Source: Macrostomum lignano (taxonomy: Eukaryota). From it: DNA of 64,000 bases. The position numbers were made by a program, and so were the translations under genes. The stretch lies in contig NIVC01000543.1 of NCBI GenBank assembly GCA_002269645.1, positions 248,001-312,000 on the forward strand, in the 5' to 3' direction. Below are positions 59,810 through 64,000 of this stretch, piece by piece. Position 1 is the first letter of the stretch; every line of letters starts with the position of its first letter. Under the pieces are notes generated by a model. The model was not told where the DNA came from, did no database searches, and worked only from the letters and a program-made list of their open reading frames with translations.

Positions 59810-60183
59810 CCCGGCGATCTGGTCTTCCTCAACAACCCGGTGCTCGAACCGGACGAAGCGGCGAAATTTCATCGACCTCGCAAAGCCTTATACGAAGTCG
59901 TCGAGCCCAAGGGCGAGGTCGTCTACAAGATTCGACGGAGACTGCCCAACCCGAGAGCCAGACGAGACGAGCTAATCGTCCATCGCCGGAACCTCCTACT
60001 CGTGCCTGACGCCGATTACACGAGGACTTCCGATCCTGAAGTCGACAAACCGAAGAAGCGTCGGCGACCGCCCGACGTCCCCGACGGCGCAGGACCCGCG
60101 ACCCTGACGCCGATTCCCGAGGACGACCAGGACGACCCCGACGATGATGATGATGACGGCTACGACGCAAGGCCGGCCTTCCG

Positions 60184-61407
60184 ATGGCACTTCCGGCCTA
60201 TGGCGATCCCGAATGTCATTTGCATGAGCCTGTTCTTGATGCGTCTACGCCTGTTGTTTCTTTTCCGCCCGTTTCTGCTCCCGCCCCCAGTGCTGCTTTT
60301 TCTGTGGTCCAGACCCCTGGGCCGTCGCTATGCACCACTCCGGTGGAAGCGTCATTAGGAACGGTAGATGCCGGTAGGCCGGCTAGGAATCGTAGGCAGC
60401 CTGAGAGGCTGATTATTAATCCTAGGGCTAAGTCTTATGATAGCCGCACTGCCCACATCCGCGCACAAATTGAAACGCATTTCAGCGCAGAAATGCACTC
60501 GCAATGCTCCACAAAGCGCACTGAGCGCTCCTCTTCCGAGGAAAGCCAAAGGCAGAATCGCCGCCGAGACGCCTCGGTCCCAAGTTTCCGGGGGCCACCA
60601 ATTGGCGCGGCTGCTGGCCAGTACGAGCCTTTTGGCGGTCCGCAGGATGCACCCCGCAGCGCCCTCCAGCATCGAATTGGATCCCGGGCCAGCAGCCGGC
60701 TCGCGTCACCGCCATCTAGGACCCGTTCGCCGCCCCCTGAGAGGTGCCCGTCCAGGCGATCGCGCCGGCAGCGAAGGGCTCGATGCCGCCAGACAGACCC
60801 CGAGGACGGAGTTAGTCGCGGCCTGGCTGAAATCCGCATGCAAGTCGAGACCGATCAAGCTCGCGACGCTGCCTGGCCATCCAGTGGGCAAGCCTCGACC
60901 GGAGCCACGGCGGTTGCCCCACCGATGTTCATCGATCTCACTCAGCCGGACAACCCCGTGCGCCGCCTCAAGAATGAGAAGGTGGCATGTAACGTCGACA
61001 TCCAGAAGGCCGTGTCACGAGGAACTGCTGCGGTGCAACAACAACTACAACCGCCCCGACCTGAGGCCCCTGTCCTCGAGGCGCCTGCAACGGCGCAGGC
61101 AGCTGTACAGCCGGCGCTACGACCAGAGGCACTCACTAAGGACCAGAAGCCTAAAGCGGAAACGGCAGTTGCCAATGACCCCTTTGATTTTAGGATCGCC
61201 GGGCTGGAGCTTCGCGTGGAACCAGCCACGCCGCCCACCGATGACGGCCCAAGGCTCCCGACCACCCCGGAGTCCAGCCCACCGGAGGCGCCCAAGACAG
61301 CGGAAGCCGCCTGTCAGGCAGACGCGCTTCTCGAAACTTTCCGTGTCTTGCCAGCAATTTTGGGCAGCAATACGGCCCTCGCCCAGCCGCGCGTTTGTAA
61401 CCCTTAG
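60184..61407 (+). CDS. Additional ORF3 of the Gypsy element, 407 aa, Pro/Arg/Ala-rich, not env-like
   Basis: Uninterrupted ORF between pol and the PPT; contains RPARNRRQPERL and MFIDLT; no signal peptide or TM segment visible. Confidence 0.55.
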   Translation: MALPAYGDPECHLHEPVLDASTPVVSFPPVSAPAPSAAFSVVQTPGPSLCTTPVEASLGTVDAGRPARNRRQPERLIINPRAKSYDSRTAHIRAQIETHFSAEMHSQCSTKRTERSSSEESQRQNRRRDASVPSFRGPPIGAAAGQYEPFGGPQDAPRSALQHRIGSRASSRLASPPSRTRSPPPERCPSRRSRRQRRARCRQTDPEDGVSRGLAEIRMQVETDQARDAAWPSSGQASTGATAVAPPMFIDLTQPDNPVRRLKNEKVACNVDIQKAVSRGTAAVQQQLQPPRPEAPVLEAPATAQAAVQPALRPEALTKDQKPKAETAVANDPFDFRIAGLELRVEPATPPTDDGPRLPTTPESSPPEAPKTAEAACQADALLETFRVLPAILGSNTALAQPRVCNP

Positions 61408-61685
61408 CGGCCTTCTCTTTTAATGTCCTCGTTGCCTGCTCGGTAACCCCTTTTCTTCCCCCCCACGGGCTCTGCTATTATTCGAAGGCAACCCGGCATT
61501 TAGGCATCTTTCTCAGGGCAGGCCGACACCCCCGCAATGCGTTTAGGGTCAATCAAGGCCCTGACCCAGCCGAATCGTGCATTGCGCCGACAGTGTAACA
61601 TCTCTTTGCCAATCAAAATTTTATTTTCTGCAGTTTACCTTTTTAAATAAAGGCGCGCTCCGCCTTCACTCCGCCTCTTTATTTG

Positions 61686-61696
61686 AACGGGGAGAG
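61686..61696 (+). other. Polypurine tract
   Basis: AACGGGGAGAG directly before the TG of the 3' LTR. Confidence 0.85.
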
Positions 61697-62748
61697 TGTA
61701 GTGAGCCGCTAGTTTATGGTTAGGCGTCGCCCTTGTCAGCTGTTCCCTCGCCTCCGCCCTGGGTTGCTGTCTGCCGCTGGTCAGCTTCCCGCCCCTCCCT
61801 TTCGTTTGTCTGCTGCTGCCCGTGGCCTGTTCTGGCCTTCTGCGTCTCTGTTCTCAGCCCCCAGCCTCTTGGCTGTGGGCTGTCTCTGTTTCGCTCCCGT
61901 CCCGTTTTCCCTGTCTTGTGAGCAAGTCACATGACAGTTCTTGCGTTCTTTGAGTCTTAAAGTGCAGTAAACATGTTTACTGCACTCGTTGGCCCTGTTT
62001 ACCGGGTGAGTCACGTGCTTTCGGACCCCTCCCTTCTCTAAGGAGAGGAGTGACTCATGTTGCTAAAAATAGCAACTGAGTCACAGCCGCGTGTACTCTG
62101 GCCAGGGACCTCAAGTGACGTCAGTTCTAAAAATAGAACAAGTCACGAGGTCTTCCGCACGCTTGTACCCTGCCCAAGACTCTCGAGTGATGTCAGTTCT
62201 AAAAATAGAACAAGTCACGAGGTCTTCTGCGTGGGTGTTTCCCGGCTATAAATAGGAGCTCCCTCCCCCTTGTTTCCGTCAAGGAGTCTTCTTTCTGTTC
62301 AACCTTGAGTTCTACGTCTGCGTGTGACCAAATCCCCCGAGTGTCTGAGCCTTTGCACATATTGACTCTATTCCTATTGCTCCGACTGAAACCCGACCAA
62401 GTCAACCCAAGTCTACGAGAGGCTAACTCAGCCCTCCCTCTACCATCCTAGCCCGGCAGGTACTGCTGACGAGACGCCTTATACGTTGAGCTGCAAATCT
62501 GCACGTCGTGCTGTGTTCGTTGACTTCATTATTTCGTTCTGACGGGAAGCTCACCTCACCGAAGGCCGAGACCTGAAGGAACTAGTGGCAGCACTACCTA
62601 CGCTACTAAAGTTAAGAAGGCTTCTAAGTGAGAGGACAAAGCCCAAGTCACTGCGCTGTACAGCAGGACAACCACAGGTACAACACTGGTGGCAGCGGTG
62701 GGATTCAAAGACCTACCAGGCCACCCCAAGAAAAACCAGTCTATTTCA
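61697..62748 (+). repeat. 3' LTR
   Basis: Matches the 5' LTR and is followed by the TTAA TSD. Confidence 0.95.
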
Positions 62749-63439
62749 TTAAATTTTTCATAGTGTAACTAATTTAGTAGGATTGCATTGTAATCAGTTA
62801 TTCATTAATTTTTCGCTATTTTTATAAACTATCCCACATTGCCTTGATTTGCCATCCCTGTTTAACTGCTGTGACTTGTCTATACAGAGGACAGTAGTTT
62901 GAATCTCTCCATAAACTCTCTCCTCTCCACACCTCTCCACTCATGGGGGTACAGAGAAGGCTATTAAAAAGTTATTCCAAAACACTGTACATTCGCTATA
63001 TACATTGAGCCCTATCGCCTGACCCTTCGTCTGGACTGGGGGAATGAGTGAGTGAGTGGCATAAACAACAGAAAAAGCAGACAAAATTCACATGCTTATA
63101 GTTTCTGTCCTGATTAAGATACAGAGTTGAGACTTTACATTCAGACAGAGAATGAGTTAAAAAAGAATTGTGTCAAATTTGAAGCTAATCGCCTCATGTT
63201 GAGCAAATTTATGGCAGCCGAAAGTTAGTCATTTTAAAACCTATTTACACCCTTTGCCCAGATTGGGAGGCAGGCGGGTGAGGTTGGGGTGGCTGCCTCG
63301 CTGAAAAAACAGCTTAACTTTAAAAGTGCACAGCGCCGTTTAGGATTAACTTTGAGACTTGAAATTTAAAATGATTGTGTCAAAATAGTTGAAGATTGAT
63401 TGTGTCAAATTTGAAGAAGATTAGTAGAAGTGGCGCGAT

Positions 63440-63682
63440 GCTATGAAGGATTTAGTGGAAAAATTGCGCATTTTGAGCCGTTTTTTGCACTTTTAGGTAT
63501 AAAGACTAAAATTTAGGAAATTTAAAGATAGCCTAAGACATTCTCCGTAGTGAGTTTAGGGTGGATGCAAAATTTGGTGTCATTTAGTCGGGTGGTTTGG
63601 GAGTCCATAGCAAACAAAATTGTCCACAGACAGACAGACACATAGACAGACAGAGTTTATATTTTTATATGTAGAGAAGATG
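63440..63682 (+). mobile_element. Non-autonomous Helitron/HINE-like element 3' part
   Basis: AAATTTGG...GTGGTTTGGGAG...(CAGA)n microsatellite...TTTATATTTTTATATGTAGAGAAGAT follows the typical architecture of Lep1/DINE-like elements as I recall it. Confidence 0.4.
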
Positions 63683-64000
63683 AACTTTTAATTTTATACT
63701 AGAACCTTCTGGCTCATTCCATATAAGATGGACATATTTGGAAAATAGAAATAAGTCAATATTTTTGCTTGCCATTGCCTTATTAGCCTTTTTTTCTACC
63801 AAATGTTTTTTATGTGCAATATATACAATCTAAGAATAAAGGAATGGTAAAATGTTGGATTAGTATGTTATCAATTGGCAAAAAGTCATTTTTGTAAAAA
63901 TGTAGGCATTTTTCAAAGCAAAAGACATCATTAAGATTTTGTACCTTTTAAAAACAAATAGAAAACTTTTGAAGGTTGAAACAAACTATAGATAAAAGTA

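Larger units (their letters stand above)
53139..62748 (+). mobile_element. Full-length Ty3/Gypsy LTR retrotransposon (9.6 kb), recent insertion
   Basis: TG...CA LTRs of 1042 and 1052 bp (~98.7% identical); 4-bp TSD TTAA (53135..53138, 62749..62752); PBS and PPT; gag then pol in PR-RT-RH-IN order. Confidence 0.97.

Noticed and set aside
54075-59872. Numerous antisense and alternative-frame ORFs over gag/pol, CFAP65, WDTC1, GPCR and arx exons
   Set aside because: They are shadow ORFs expected from GC-rich coding sequence and show no independent motifs.

Overview
Eukaryotic (animal) genomic DNA with GT-AG introns that are often short (~60-110 nt), GC-rich exons and many minisatellites. The style suggests a free-living flatworm such as Macrostomum; this is an inference and is not proven. 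Host genes in order: 3' end of a fatty acyl-CoA reductase (+), an Sp/KLF three-zinc-finger gene (-), an intronless rhodopsin-type GPCR (+), an aristaless/ARX homeobox gene (-), a complete multi-exon CFAP65 (+), an orphan type-I membrane protein (+), a divergent TPPP/p25alpha gene (-) and WDTC1 (-). Mobile DNA: a near-intact 9.6-kb Ty3/Gypsy LTR retrotransposon (TTAA target duplication), a 5'-truncated Penelope-like element with a minimal hammerhead ribozyme, a tRNA-derived SINE inserted into a minisatellite, and several decayed LINE, Tc1, copia, Helitron-like and MITE fragments. There is no CRISPR array and no bona fide rRNA or tRNA gene. The most unusual signals are in the Gypsy element: (i) a perfect tRNA-Leu primer-binding site lies inside both LTRs, with a second bulged copy just downstream of the 5' LTR, which suggests the LTR was extended by switching priming sites; (ii) LTR-LTR differences are dominated by CpG transitions, a methylation footprint; (iii) pol has a ~340-aa repeat-containing spacer between RNase H and integrase; (iv) there is an extra non-env ORF3 with a SIM-like motif. 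Also notable: a 101-bp locally templated insertion and a core motif shared by three minisatellites of different period.
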